Source: Eledone cirrhosa
Taxonomy: Eukaryota
DNA length: 64,000 nucleotides
Assembly (NCBI GenBank): GCA_964016885.1
Contig: OZ024740.1
Span: forward strand, 340,008,001 to 340,072,000
Direction of reading: 5' to 3'
Part shown: in pieces, positions 28,837 through 42,000 of the stretch
Numbering within the stretch: the stretch's first letter is position 1
How the letters are laid out: every line of letters begins with the position of its first letter
Position numbers and translations under genes: made by a program
Notes under the pieces: generated by a model
Seen by the model: the letters and a program-made list of their open reading frames with translations, nothing else
The model's database searches: none
Told to the model about the DNA's origin: nothing

Positions 28837-31800
28837 CTATCTATCTATCTAAGGCGGGTAAAATTACCGAGATCCATGGACGAGTTCTCTCCAGCGGTCT
28901 CTGTCCCTCATTATCGCTGCCATGTCCTGCATCTCCAACAGACCAGTGTCTGTCCTTAGGGCATCAACATACGTTAACCTTGGTCTTCCTCTTCTAGTGT
29001 GTCCATGTAGGGGCTCCCAAAGGAGTACTGAGTGCAATGTCAACTCTGGATGTCGGTGAGCATGTCCAGCTAACCTCAGTCTCCTCTGTGACTTTTGGGA
29101 TGCTCCCATACAGCTCTGAGTTTTTCATCCTCAGTGTATACTGATTAATGTTCAGAGCCATCCTCAGCATTCTCGTGTAGCACCCATCCACCATCTGAGT
29201 GAGTTTCTTGGTCAGTGTCCAAGTCTCAGACCCATACAGCAGCACAGACTCCACTACAGCAATGAAGAGGCGGATTTTCAGGTCTCTACGAAGGTCCGAC
29301 TTCCACACCGATCTCAAGATGTGGCACGCCGCCCAGGCCTTGCTCTTCCTCTCAACCACATCATCTTCCGTATTCCCAATCTTTGCTCCCAAATACAGGA
29401 AGTCCTCAACCAATTCCAACGGCTTCCCGCCTACATTAGTGATCCCCTCTGGCTTCTCAACATTCTCTACCAGATATTTTGTTTTAGTCTCATTCATTCT
29501 CAGCCCCACACTCATCGACACAGTCTCAACCTCCTGCATCAAATCCTCTGCCTCCTTCACTGTATTTGTCACCAAAACTATGTCGTCGGCAAATTCAGCA
29601 TCCGATACCTTTTTCGCCCTAACTCTCCTGCTCTGAGCCAGTGCTACAGTAAAGCCAGAGTCCTGGTGTTTCTCCAGTGCAAGGCGCATACAATAGTCCA
29701 CTACGATGATAAAAAGGTAGGGAGCCAATGTATCTCCCTGGAGCACTCCAGCCAGTATCTCAAAGAACTCTGTCATCCCATCAGCTGTAATGACTTGGGC
29801 TTTGGTGTTGGTGTAGAGCAGTGATATCAGGTCCACTACCCTCTTGGGGATTCCATAAGCCTGTAAGATCTTCATCAGGCAGTAACGGTCCACAGAATCA
29901 AATGCCTTCCTAAAGTCAATGAAAACCATGACCGCAGGAAGGCACTTTGCTCTAGCTCCCTCTAATATCCTCCTCAGCATCAGGATGTGACTGGTGGTTG
30001 ATCTACCCTCTCTGAAGCCGTTCTGGTTGTCCCTGAGCTTCTTCTCCATCTTAGGCTGGATCCTGTTAAGAATCATCCTGTTGAGGGTCTTTGCCACAAG
30101 TGACGTCAGTGAGATCCCCCGGTAGTTGTTGGTGTTAGAGAGATCTCCCTTCTTTGGCACTGGGACGATGTTATTGATCCTCCACTGATTCGGGGCAACT
30201 CCTTTCTCCAGTGCCCCGTTACAGAACCCCAGGATGATATCATCAAAATCACACCTCTTCATCACCTCTGATGCCACTCCATCTTCTCCATGAGCCTTGC
30301 CCTCCTTGATCCTCTTCTTGGCTCTCTGAAGCTCCTCTCTGGTGAAGGGCTCTGTCTCAACATCCAGTTCCTCAAACAGCCGCCTGATCTCCCCAGTGCT
30401 CTGGGCTGTGGAGGGTGGCTCTCCTAGTAGGGTCCTAAAATGGTCTAGCCATTTCCTCTTCCTATCCTCGGGCCCCGTTCCCTGGATCTGACTCGAACAC
30501 CTTCTCTTCCTCCCTGTGATCTCGTTGATGATCATCCAGCTCTCCTTACATCCAGATCTGTCAACCGCTCTCTCCACACTTCTGATCTTCTCTATCAGTG
30601 CCTCCTCTCTGACCTCAGTGTAAGCGGTACAGAGCTCTTCCCTCATCACCTCCACAGTCTCCATCCTCTCCTCCGTAGGATCAGCATAGAATTGGTCCCT
30701 GGCAGCTTTCAGGTGTTCTCTGGCTGCACACACTTTTGGGTTTGCAGAGCTGACGTGCTTCCCTTTGTTCTTTTTCCTCGGCACCAGGGTTTCACTTGCT
30801 TCCGCCACTGCATTGGCGAAATGCCCGTACCTCCTTGTCACACTCTCCTCAGTCCATCCAATCTCTCTCTCCTCTGACTCTCCACACAGAGCACTAAACC
30901 TGTTTCTCACTTCCACTGTGAACCTCTCCTGTAGCTTATCATCTTCCTTGAAAGCTCCCCAGTCATAGATTGTTCTCCGGGGCTGAGCCTTGCTCTTTCT
31001 TAAGCTCACGCGGACCTCACTCATAACAAGCCGGTGGTCACTACCCAGTGTACTGAAATAGCTGTATGGTTCCGTGTTCAGAACACTATTCCGCCACTTT
31101 TTCCTCACCAGAATGAAATCAATCTGGGACTTGGACAGATGCATATCTGAGATGTAGGTCCACATCTTCCCCAGATTCTTCCTAAACCCTAGGTTGGTCG
31201 CCATCAAGTTCGCCTCCAGCAGGATGTCTCTCAGTAGTCTTCCATTTCGGTTGGTGTTGTTATGGAAGTACCAGCAAGGATCTTCACTGCCCTCTTTACT
31301 CAGATGTGCATTGAAGTCCCCCAAAACAAGCAGGATATTGTGTGCCTGAGTGGTATTGACAGCTCTACACACCTCCTCATGGAACTCTTCCGCATTCACA
31401 TCACTGTCCCCCTCGGTTGGACTATAGGCTGAGATGACTGTCAGTCTTGGGTTTCCATTGAAGGTCACCCTCAACACTCGCGGGGAGATAGGCATTATTT
31501 CCCTCACCAACAGATTGGTTTTTGCACTGAACACAAAACCCACTCCTCCTACTGCAGCATTTGTTGTGTTCTTCACTGCCGATGTAGTGATGAACTGGCT
31601 CTTCTTCCCAATCATCACACTCCTCACGGGCTCATCGTGTAGAATCCTGTGTTCTTGGATCGCAAGTATCTGTATACCACTCTCCTCGAACAGATGTCCC
31701 AACTCCTCTCTCTTCTCCAGCGTCCGAATAGTCCTCACATTCAAAGTGCCCATTTTGATGGCTCTTCTGCAGGACAAAACTGCATTCTTTATATTTGTCT

Positions 31801-32145
31801 CAGAGACAGCTGATCCATCATCCACTGGCCCTCTCTGTAGCTCTAAGCCAGCAGAGTCATAACGACCAGGCTGCTCCTTGACAGTGTAATTAGGGGCTCT
31901 AACCCTAGTGCTGTTAGATCGACTCTCCATATTTCTTTTCAATGGCTGACAATACCTTACCGGCGCCACTCGAATAAGGTAGTTATTTAACCCATAAATG
32001 GAGCCCTAACAGGTACTACCACCCCGGGCCAGGGCAGACCTGGGAGTCATGACAACTAAGGGGTAACTCCACATTCCCCACATCTCCTGAACTCCCGAAC
32101 TGGAGCCTTGCCACTGGATGTAGTTTAATGTCATACCCAGGACAA
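28837..32145 (-). mobile_element. Full-length RTE-clade LINE (distinct family, no PHD insert) with 11-bp TSD
   Basis: 991-aa ORF 28994-31969: AIQEHR, GDFNAH, SDH, QNGFR, DFRKAFD, GVLQGD, FADD; frameshift ~29095; (GATA)n tail; TSD TGTTTTACTAT at 28826-36 and 32146-56. Confidence 0.95.
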
Positions 32146-33220
32146 TGTTTTACTATACCATATATATTATTATACCTAAATGATATTTTTTTTGTAACTG
32201 TTGCCCTGAAAATTTGGATTTTAGTCATTAATGTACATGGAACTTTTTATAGTATAATAAGCCTGAGATCATTTATTTTGTTCTATATTTTGTGATACTC
32301 CCTTAATTAGTTAATTTAGGTTGAGTTGTGGTTTTTGAGGCATTTCATTAACTATTTTTAGCTTTCCTCTTAACCTCCAGCCTTTTAGCACTGATTGAAC
32401 TGGCTACATACAAGTTTTTTTAGCAATACATGTGCATTTAGGGCTGTAAAATTTGTTTTGTTGTTGCTAATACCAACACAAATTAATTTATTTGAATTCT
32501 CTTGTATAAGCTGAATATAATTTTTGTAAGACAATGATTACTGATGAGGATGATCTGTCTTAATTTACTGATTAACCATTATAATTAAGGTAAATAGTAT
32601 TTTTTTTCTTTGTCATCCAAAACCACGGTCTAAGCAATTATAATTGAATCTACCAATTATAATGTAAGTAGAATTGAGTTTGCCTTTAAATGTATTTTTG
32701 CTTACTATACCATATATATTATTATACCTAAATAAGATTTTTGTAAATGTTGCTCTGAAAATTTGGATTTTAGCCATTAATGTTCATTGAGCTATTTATA
32801 GTATAATAAGATTGAGATCATTTATTTTGATCTCCAGCCCCACTGTTATAAAATGTGAAAGAACAAATTGTGGTACCTGCTTATACCTAATCAAAGGATC
32901 AGAATACAAATTTAAGGACACACAAACCTTCAGAATTAAAGAAAATTTCATCGGCAACTCAGAAAACCTAATCTATATTTAATGCAACAATTATAAAATT
33001 ATTCATTCTGTCGGATTAAAGAAAAAAAAAAATTTTAAATATACTTCTGTGCTTTTTCACCTTTACTTAATTATAACCTTTGTTTTGTATGGAACTTTAC
33101 CCACTTTTTTCAACTATGTGTGTGTGTGTATTTGTATGTGATTGTGTGTGTATGTGTGATTGTGTGTGTATGTGTGTGTCTCACACGACATTCTTAAAAT
33201 TAAATGTAAATAATACTTAC

Positions 33221-33316
33221 TTCCTGGATTAAACTTATCTAAGAATGCTAGAGTTTTACTTCTTATATCTTCAAGTATCTTGACAGCCAGCGGGAACAAA
33301 GGACCATGTGACAAAA
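33221..33316 (-). CDS. Host gene exon ((V)LSHGPLFPLAVKILEDIRSKTLAFLDKFNPG)
   Basis: AG acceptor at 33317-18, GTAAGT donor, 96 nt, symmetric phase 1, open frame. Confidence 0.85.
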
Positions 33317-33406
33317 CTTTATTTTGTACATAGAAGAATAAATAAAAGAAATTAATATTACTATGTCACCATTACATTCATAAAATATCTAAGTTATAAA
33401 GAGATA

Positions 33407-33604
33407 CGAGAGTCAGCTGAAAAGTTCATAGGCTGACTATGAAGGATTGTTGCTAGAGCTGTGAAATCTTGCATGCCTTAAATTCAACACTTCTTATTAA
33501 TAATTGCATTGTTTCTTTCCAGGGACTATGTTGAAAAATAAACCTCATTTGGTCATTCCGTGAGAGTATCTTGGTCAGCCGATAAACATTTCAGCTGATC
33601 CTTG
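33407..33604. mobile_element. Mariner-type MITE
   Basis: TA + CGAGAGTCAGCTGAAAAGTTCATAGGCTGAC terminal inverted repeat; second copy at 36524-36721. Confidence 0.7.
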
Positions 33605-35944
33605 TGTTAGTAGGATTAATGCTAAATTATATTAAGTAACCAAAGGTAAATTTCAGTTACAAGTTTTAAATTATTAAAGGTGGTCATATTGATACTACAA
33701 AAAAGCTCCCAGTATGCACTGTGAAGTGGCTGATATTTGGAAGAGCAGGCATAGAAAGTAAATGTTAAACAGTGGAAGTGATGATGATGATAGTGGTGGT
33801 GGTGGTGGTGGTGGTGGCGGCGGTGATGGCAATGATGAAGAGGATTATTTTGAATTATAGTTAATCTCCTCAAACCCACAAGTTCAATAGAACAATTCTA
33901 AAGATTTCCTCTTAATAAAGTGACTCCTGGTAGCCTAGCCTAGATCTGTGGGAGGATTTGAATCCAGTTCAGCAAGCTTAGCAAGCATTCAATGGTTATA
34001 AATGCCTGCTTATGTTACAATAGACTGTATCTCTACATGCTAAATATTTCCAAGGTGAACTGAGCTATTAAAAAGTTATCTTTGTTGTGAATACAGTATA
34101 TTGCTGATGATTGAATATGAACTAACTCACAGTTAATATTCCTGTTTTTTTATCAATTGAGCCAACTCTTTTTATCAATTGAACCAATAATTGAGCCAAT
34201 TGTGTTTAGCAGATAACATCAGAACTTGGGTCATATAGTCAACTGTGACTCTCTAATAGAGGATCTTAAAACTCAAATTGGTCTTATAGTCATGAGTGAG
34301 ATCTTATAATCTTTATAGTCAGCTGTGATTCTCTAACAGAGAATGTAGAACTCAGACAAATCTTATAGTCAACTGTACATGTCTAGCAAAGATATAAGCT
34401 AATCTCAGACTTTAAAAAAAAAGAAGTGAGGTTTACCATCAGGAAGAGCATCTAACTATAGAATTCTGTCACAAAACGTCTTCTTCAACCCATGCCAGCA
34501 TAGAGAAATAGATATAAAACTGATGATGAGGAGGAGAATGATGATAAGGAGACTGATATTCTATCAAATATTTTTTATCATGATAAAACCTTTATAACTA
34601 GCCCCTAAGTTTGAGAATAGTTATTGAATCCTACACAGAATCTTACATGTTTGTTCTGTACATTTGCACACAAAGTCTCTGTTTCTGAAGATCTATCTGG
34701 GCCCTCTGTGTGTCTCATGAGACAATGGATCTATACCAGAAAAGTTCCTCTGCAAGATTTAAGCTTTGGCAATGTTTCTGTGGAAAACAAACAGGTTGCA
34801 CTTACAAGTGAATCTTCCCTCTACACAATAAAAGCACCCAGTACACACTGTAAAGTGGTTGGTGTAAGGAAGAGCATCCAACCATAGAAAACTTTCCAAA
34901 CAAGGGGTTAGGAGGACCTTTCAGCTTGTGTCAAAAGACACAACAACTTCTCCTCTGCACTTTATATGACTGTATGTAAGCCCTACTTCAGTACTGACTA
35001 GGTCTATGTAGACCCATCCAACCCTTGCTAGCAAGGAAAGCAGACGTTAAATGATGGTGATGATGATAAGGATTTACATATATATATATGTGTGTGTGTG
35101 AGTGCGAAGTTGAAGTTTGTTTGTATACACTGGAAATTATGCTACAATTATGAATAAAAAGATTATATAAATACACACAAAAGTTCTCAGAGAATGCTTG
35201 AATAAACATAACGTTATATGTATGTGTATATACCTATTATTGTTTAGTACCAAGTATCACCTGATAGAGAAAATTTTTGATCAAAGACATTCCAGCCATG
35301 ACCATCCCATCTTTTTTTAATTTAGGCATCATGTAACTATGACTAAATTATTTAATGAGTCCTTTTTTAAACTAGTAAGTGTGATAAGAGTAATTTGGCT
35401 GCTAATAACAGTGTAGATGTTCTCTTGTTGATTCAAAAGAAAGTCAGTTATCACCAGCTATAAAATATATTCCTCTGGAGTGATCTGAAAAGATTTTTAA
35501 ATATTCTTATTTTTCAGGCATTGCAAGTTTTTATTGTAATCTGCCGTGCCTTATATCTTGTGAAAGCATACAACCTAGTAATTAGGGTGTTGATTTCACA
35601 GTTGTAAAGTCATGAATTTGATCACTAGATCAGGTGGCACATTGTGTTCTTCAACAAAGTACTCCATTTCTGGCTGCTCCTGCCCACTCAATTGAAAAAA
35701 ATGATTACTACAAGTATCTGGTACTTAACTTTGCTACAGTCATGTCCAAAAAAGAGTTTGAACTCTCAGTTACCTATCACCACATTAAATCAGGATACAC
35801 TCCAATCTGATGAGCCTCTAAGCTTGAATTTCTTGATACTCCAAACTGATACCCCAAAGATTATAGTCCTGTCATTGATAATAGCACTACTTCACCTGGT
35901 AATAGTCACTGAGATTGAAATGATACTCATCATGCTACCTAATC

Positions 35945-36175
35945 ATTTAGCATTTAAACCAGCCATATCTGGCCAGAATTCCCTCACCTCTTTCTGCTCA
36001 AATTGGTTGTAACTGTCATACTGACAAATGCAAATGTCATACTGACATTTAGGTATTGTTCTCAAAATAAATATCTTGTAGATTCAATATATGAGATAAT
36101 TATGTGAGATAAAACCTTTACTATGAAAATATGATATAATAGTAAATATAGAGTAATGTAAATGCTAAAGGGTTA
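35945..36175 (+). mobile_element. piggyBac-type MITE
   Basis: Ends TGCTAAAGGG-TTAA; homologous to 45362, 51800, 55109 and 58450 copies. Confidence 0.75.
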
Positions 36176-36523
36176 AGGACAGATCCTCTAAGAGTAACTT
36201 CTCCAGGATCACTCAATCCAGCAATCAACTCTATTACATTAAATTCTCAATTGTTGCATTAACTAATTAACATTACCGTTACCTTTTGATATTAATACTA
36301 AATAATAGTTAATTATGCCCTCTATATTTGTTACTATACTTTGAATATTCTTTCAGATTGCTTCAACAACCTAATTACTCTGTTTTTAATAACATTTGTG
36401 GAATCTATTTCCAACAAACAGAACAGTCTGCACTACCTATCCAGTTCATGATGTCATTCGGATCAAACTCATATCCACATGGTTGTGAAGTAAACTTCTC
36501 AATTACACAGCCATGTTGGTTCT

Positions 36524-36721
36524 ACAAGGGTCAGCTGAAAAGTTCAAAGGCTGACTATGAAGGACTGATACTAGAGCTGTAAAATCTTGCATGCATTAAT
36601 TTCAACTCTTCTTATTAATAACTGCATTGGTTCTTTCCAAGGACTATATTGAAAAATAAACCTCATTTAGTTATTCCATAAGAGTGTCTTGGTCAGCCTG
36701 TGAACTTTTCAGCTGATCCTC
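36524..36721. mobile_element. Mariner-type MITE
   Basis: GGGTCAGCTGAAAAGTTCA..TGAACTTTTCAGCTGATCC terminal inverted repeats; homologous to 33407. Confidence 0.75.
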
Positions 36722-36724
36722 ATA

Positions 36725-37207
36725 TCTATATATATAAAAATGAAAATGTCTGTGTCTGTAGTCAGTGCATTTCCACAGTTTCCACCCGATTTTATTCAAT
36801 TTAGATACATAAGTTATTTAGCCCCCGGAGCATGTCAACAGATAGTTTAAATTTTGCTCTCCCCAAAAATAGCTATTGAAATACGGCCATGTTGAGGAGT
36901 GAAGGGGTCTTTATTGATAGTGGCGAAGGTGGAGAAAGATAGACATGGTAGCAGTGTTAGTAGAAAAATACAGAGTGAGGCAGGTCTTTATTGAAAGTGG
37001 AATCTCTACATTTTATTTTGTCTCTCTTGGAAAACTATTTCCATGTGAAAAGAAAGGTTTAATTTGTCTTCTGCTTTACAATGATCGATACATTTATTGT
37101 ATAAATTTGTACAATATTGAATACTTACAGCTTTTCTTCTACCTTAATTCAGTTATTCGCTTTATCTTATTAAGGTGTGCCTGGCAACGACGGGCTCTTT
37201 TTCTATT
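36725..37207 (+). mobile_element. Non-autonomous Helitron-like element, degenerate 3' end
   Basis: 5' TCTATATATATAAAA; CCTGGCAACGACGGG hairpin remnant near 37180. Confidence 0.55.
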
Positions 37208-37769
37208 TAATATAGGAACACTGTGGCTAGCAACACTGATTAAACATATTTAGTTAACTATCCCCATGACATGAATTTGTTCAAGCAAAAATGAATGGTA
37301 GTACAGTATAACAGTATAGTGGTGAGATTGCTATGTGGATAAAGTATTAGATTGTATGTAGGGGCACTATAGTGACATACAGCATGTCTTGAGCATTTTA
37401 AACCTGGTAGAGACCATCTCCTATCTAGGTTGGAACATAATTATGGAACAGGCATGCAGCATAATTAACTCTTTTGATACAAGACTGCTTGAAACTGGCC
37501 CAGGTTCTACTACAAAAAGCTATTTGTTTTTCTCTGTTTATATTTTGAATTTCACCTTCAATCATAATTTTATGTAAGAGCCTTTGTTAAACTATATTCC
37601 AAACACCAAATAATGAAAAAGTTGGTTATTTTATTTAGTCACTTCAAAAAAACCTCTATTTTTTTCAAAATTATTTGAAAATCATAACAAGTGTCTTTCA
37701 TTATAAATATGGTAATGGAAAGGTTTAATAATGCACAACATAGTATATATAATAAAGGATAAAGATCTC

Positions 37770-38050
37770 ATAACTCCTTGTGGAGTTATAGAGGCACCGT
37801 CATACGACATGTCTAGGGCCCTTTTAAACCTGACGGAGCCTAACCCTCTCCAGGTCTGAACACAGCCAATTTTTTCTATAGAGGAAGAATCAACCCCAGT
37901 ACTGGACTGGTACTTTTTTTATCAACCTCGAAAGGATGAAAGGCAGAGTTGACCCCAGCGGGATTTGAACTCAAAGCGTACAATGAGGTGGGATGACTAC
38001 CGTAAAGCATTCTATCCGACGTCTTAACGACTCTGCCAATTTGCCACCTA
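37770..38050 (-). mobile_element. tRNA-derived SINE
   Basis: Minus strand TGGCAGAGTCGTTA (A-box-like), GAGTTCAAATCCC (B box), GCCTTTCATCCTTTCGAGG body; related copies at 52200, 56630, 60375 and 62770. Confidence 0.8.
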
Positions 38051-38203
38051 TAGTATATATACATATATTGGAAAACCTAAAATTTATTTATACTTATGCT
38101 TCAGTTTCCATAAATACTCTGAAATGATTTCAATATGGAAGTTGTGTTAGAAAGAAATTGTCCACTGTGAAACTGTTAGTCATGTTACTTTTCTTGTACT
38201 TAC

Positions 38204-38296
38204 CATGAATTGTCCTGTGTTTAATGTCATCCAAAAGTTCATCAAGATCTTCAGATGAACCATGTAAATATTGTTCAATGTCACTAAATGGTATAT
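38204..38296 (-). CDS. Host gene exon (IPFSDIEQYLHGSSEDLDELLDDIKHRTIH)
   Basis: ttttacattacAG acceptor, G|GTAAGT donor, 93 nt, symmetric phase 1, open frame. Confidence 0.85.
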
Positions 38297-39049
38297 CTGT
38301 AATGTAAAACATTATTATTAACAAAGATGGATTGAGCAAATTTTGAATTTTGAAAGTATGTTAGCTTGAAGTAAGCTGCTTTTAGACTATGAAAATAGTC
38401 AAACAAGTTAAGCATATAAGTCCCTCGAGACAGAAAAAATAGACAGTATCGTCTGATAGATTGGATCAGCTTACATCAAGCTAACTTCATTATTATTAAA
38501 GAAAGAGTTATTATCTGTGTAGTCAACTCTTAAGATATGCTGCATAAACAGGGATGTGGTCATTGGAGGTTAAATGCATCATTCCCAGCACACTAAGCTT
38601 ACAGAGACAGGATTAGTGAACAAGTTAAGGAGGCCTTGACAGAGGCAATCATCAACAACAGATGGTGGTTCACCCTAAAAAGGGCAATTAGAGTAGAATC
38701 GATAGGGTTTAGTAAAGGAGTAGTGATAGAGAAAATTAGGCTAGAGGGAGAACTAGTTAGAAAGCTAGAAGAGGCCCTTTAAAAAGGCATGGCAGCCACA
38801 TGCTTATGACAAGATTGACACTCAACCAATTCTTCAATGTGTAGCACAAAGGCTGCATTATCAAAGCTAAGATGCATGCTCTTAGACATGAGGTAATGAA
38901 AGCCATTTAATGGATTCAAGTGGTGGAGGCACAGCATGGCAATAAAGCCACAATCCATTCTTTGGTGGTCCACAATTGGTGCATGGTACTTGGTCCCAAG
39001 TAGATGTGTATGGTTTTTCAACAACACTTCACTCAAATGTTCAGGAGTA

Positions 39050-42000
39050 GTGGTGAACTAGATCAAGAGATGGAATTCAGCGCCTACTTTGGTGGCCTGC
39101 CGTGACTCTCGGTGAGAGGGGAGCAGATGTTGTGTAAAGCCAAAAATAGCTAATGAAATATGGGACAAGATGGCTAGCTGCATGAGGGACAAATTTCCTG
39201 GTTTGGATGGTCTGCCCTATGAGCTTTATGCAAACATGCCAGACTTGTTCAGTGACATCTTACACTAACTAACAGCAGTATGGGAGAATTCCTAGTTCTG
39301 TGAGCCAAGGGGCAGTGGTACTGCTAAGAAAGTACCTGAACAAGAGAGACCTTATGAATAATTTGAGGCCCATAACTCTGCTAAAGACAGCGTTTAGAAT
39401 TTGGGCTAAGGTGTTAGCAATGAGGTTGGTGCTTCTCATAGATGGTCTGGTAAGGGAGGCACAAATATCTGCAATTCTGGAAAGATCCATCCACAACAAT
39501 CTCTAGCTTATGTGATATATCATAGAGAAGATGGATAAGGAACCTGGTACAAGTTGGGCCCTGATCAAATTAAATCAATCAAACACTTTCAATAGGGTCA
39601 ACCATTGATACCTGGCGGCAGTCTTCAAAGCAGCCATCTTTGGATACGTTTTCAGAGGATGGATCACTGCAACGCACAGTAACATCTGCTCTGTGGTCAT
39701 CACTATTGTATTGACTCTCAGGCCACTTTTACATAAACTGGGAATATTGAAAGGAGTCCCACATTAACTACGATGTGGGAGATCCATCAGCATCATTGGG
39801 TGCCGGGCGGATGGACTAGTTAAATTGCTAAGTGTCTGGTTTAATCCAGACCTCCAACTGGACAAAAACTGGAATAATGTAATGACCAGAGTGTCCACTC
39901 TCACTCAGAAATGGGCCAAGAAGCTATCCCTAAAAGGTCAGGCAAAGGTAGTGAATTCGTACATTGCATCCATCATCTACTACTGACTGATCATCATGCC
40001 TTTTCCTGGTTCACATCTCACTGCCTTGGAGCATTTTCTCTTTTGCTTTTTGTAGAAAGGATGTGTGCCAATGGTCAAGTGGTCTATTTGCTGCCAAAAC
40101 CTGCTGCGTACAAATACTGGCTGATGATGTGCAAATACAGAGGCAAAGTCATCTCCAGCTTTACCTCAACAGTGAACAGTTGTGGTCACCATTTGCTAGG
40201 CACATACTTCCACAGTTCATTCCTTGATAAAGCTGCAGTCCTGGGTCAAGTGATGATTGAGGAGTGCTTGGAAACTGGAATGTCTTCAAGTGATCACAGC
40301 CCTCAGCCGATCAGACAGTATAATCAGTGGAAACTCTACCTTGGCATTCTATAGATTGTTAGTGGTGGGCAAAAATGATGGATGACTTTTAGAAATGCTT
40401 GACTTGACAGTGCTACTGGGGAACATTGTCAGTTCGAGATAAACTCTACAAGAATAGAAGTGCCATCAGCCAGGCCTGTCCAAGATGTGCACTGGGCAAG
40501 TAAACTGTCCTGCACACACTCATCCAGTGTCCAAGTATTGCTGGGTTTATGTTGAACACCTGCTGTCATATGTAGGATGAATCCAGCTATCAGTTGAGTC
40601 TTTAGCAGGGTTGATGAATGATTGGTCAGGGTAGAAGTATGAAGGTTGTCATGGTGACAGTGTCCAGTGTAGCTGTGGCCAGTGGTCACAGTGTGGTAAA
40701 GTGATAGTATCCTCGTTGGATTGTCTTGTCGACATAGACGTGAGGGAAGGTCCCTCGATCTATTTACCATCCTTGTATTTACAATATTCCTTTTGTCAGG
40801 TCGCCAATTCCAGCAGCATAGATTATAGATGTTATTGAGACACGAGTAACATAATAATGATTTCAACAGCAGAAATTAGAGATGAAATGTATGTTTATTT
40901 TTGGTGTAGCACAAACAATGTTTGTTAACTTATATGGTTGAAGTTACAAAAGGGAATGTGCCATTGCGCCGGAAAGCCGGCGAGGCTATGGGTGCAAAAT
41001 CACACCGTTACATTGTGCGTGTTGCTGGTTCGAAGTTCCTGGTACAAGAGGAAAGATTCTTCAAATCTTCGTGGGGAATTTCTTCCTCAGGGCGCGTAGG
41101 GATACATCCTCTTCTACTGGCGCTGATTGGCTGAACTGAGCCAAATCACGCACAGAGAATGTATGTGAACCCGCAGAATGTAGGTCACTACAATACCTCC
41201 GAGCAGATTTTTAGCCGAAAATCGTAAACGAAGAAGCCAAGGACCCACAAGGAAGTCGATACAGATTATTGAATCAGCAAGAACAAATGCTGAAAGAGCA
41301 CATCAGTGAAAAAATAATTGAGCAGAAGGCTGCATGCAAGAAAAAAAGTGAGGCGCTACGGGCCGTGTTGAGCCGCTGTGTCAAATGACCAGTTGTTTTG
41401 TTGTTTATACGTGACCAGTAAAGGTCTAACAAAAACGAATAAAGTCTGACATGGGCGAAGTTGCTGTTCTTGCATTTAATGTTAATGGTGAGTGCTGTAC
41501 CAGTAGCTGTGGATGAAGCTATTATGGTAGTTTACCAGTGCTGGCAAGAAGATGATGGGTAGGCGAGAAAATGTTGGCCTCCCAGATGTATTGCCGAATG
41601 TGCTAGGGAGCCAGGAAAAAATGGCTGGTTGCTTTGAAAAGAAAAAAAGCAAGTTTAATCTGTAGGTGGGTTGCAGTGTAAATTCCATAATTCGGGCGAA
41701 TCCACAGAAGTGGCCGAAATGCTGACAAGTCCAGTTCTATTTGCTGTTTTCCCAGCGAGTCAGGCAAAAACAGCAAGACGAAGGCCGTCATGGACGATCA
41801 GTGTGCAACGAGATGCAAAACTGTTTGAGCTCAGCTGCAATTAGTATTCTCGTGTTGCGGTGCCTGTTTGAATCCAGTGGATTAAGCTCAATGAGCTGCT
41901 ACCATGTGACAGCATCTCAACCAGGTGAAAAGGGGCTCACAGAATATTATGTTTGAAGAACATATACCAAGAACAACATGTTGGTGTGTGACAAAAAAAT

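Noticed and set aside
32877-32975. Exon-like segment IRFSELPMKFSLILKV on the minus strand
   Set aside because: Gives stops in the phase required by the upstream exon; more likely a repeat remnant.
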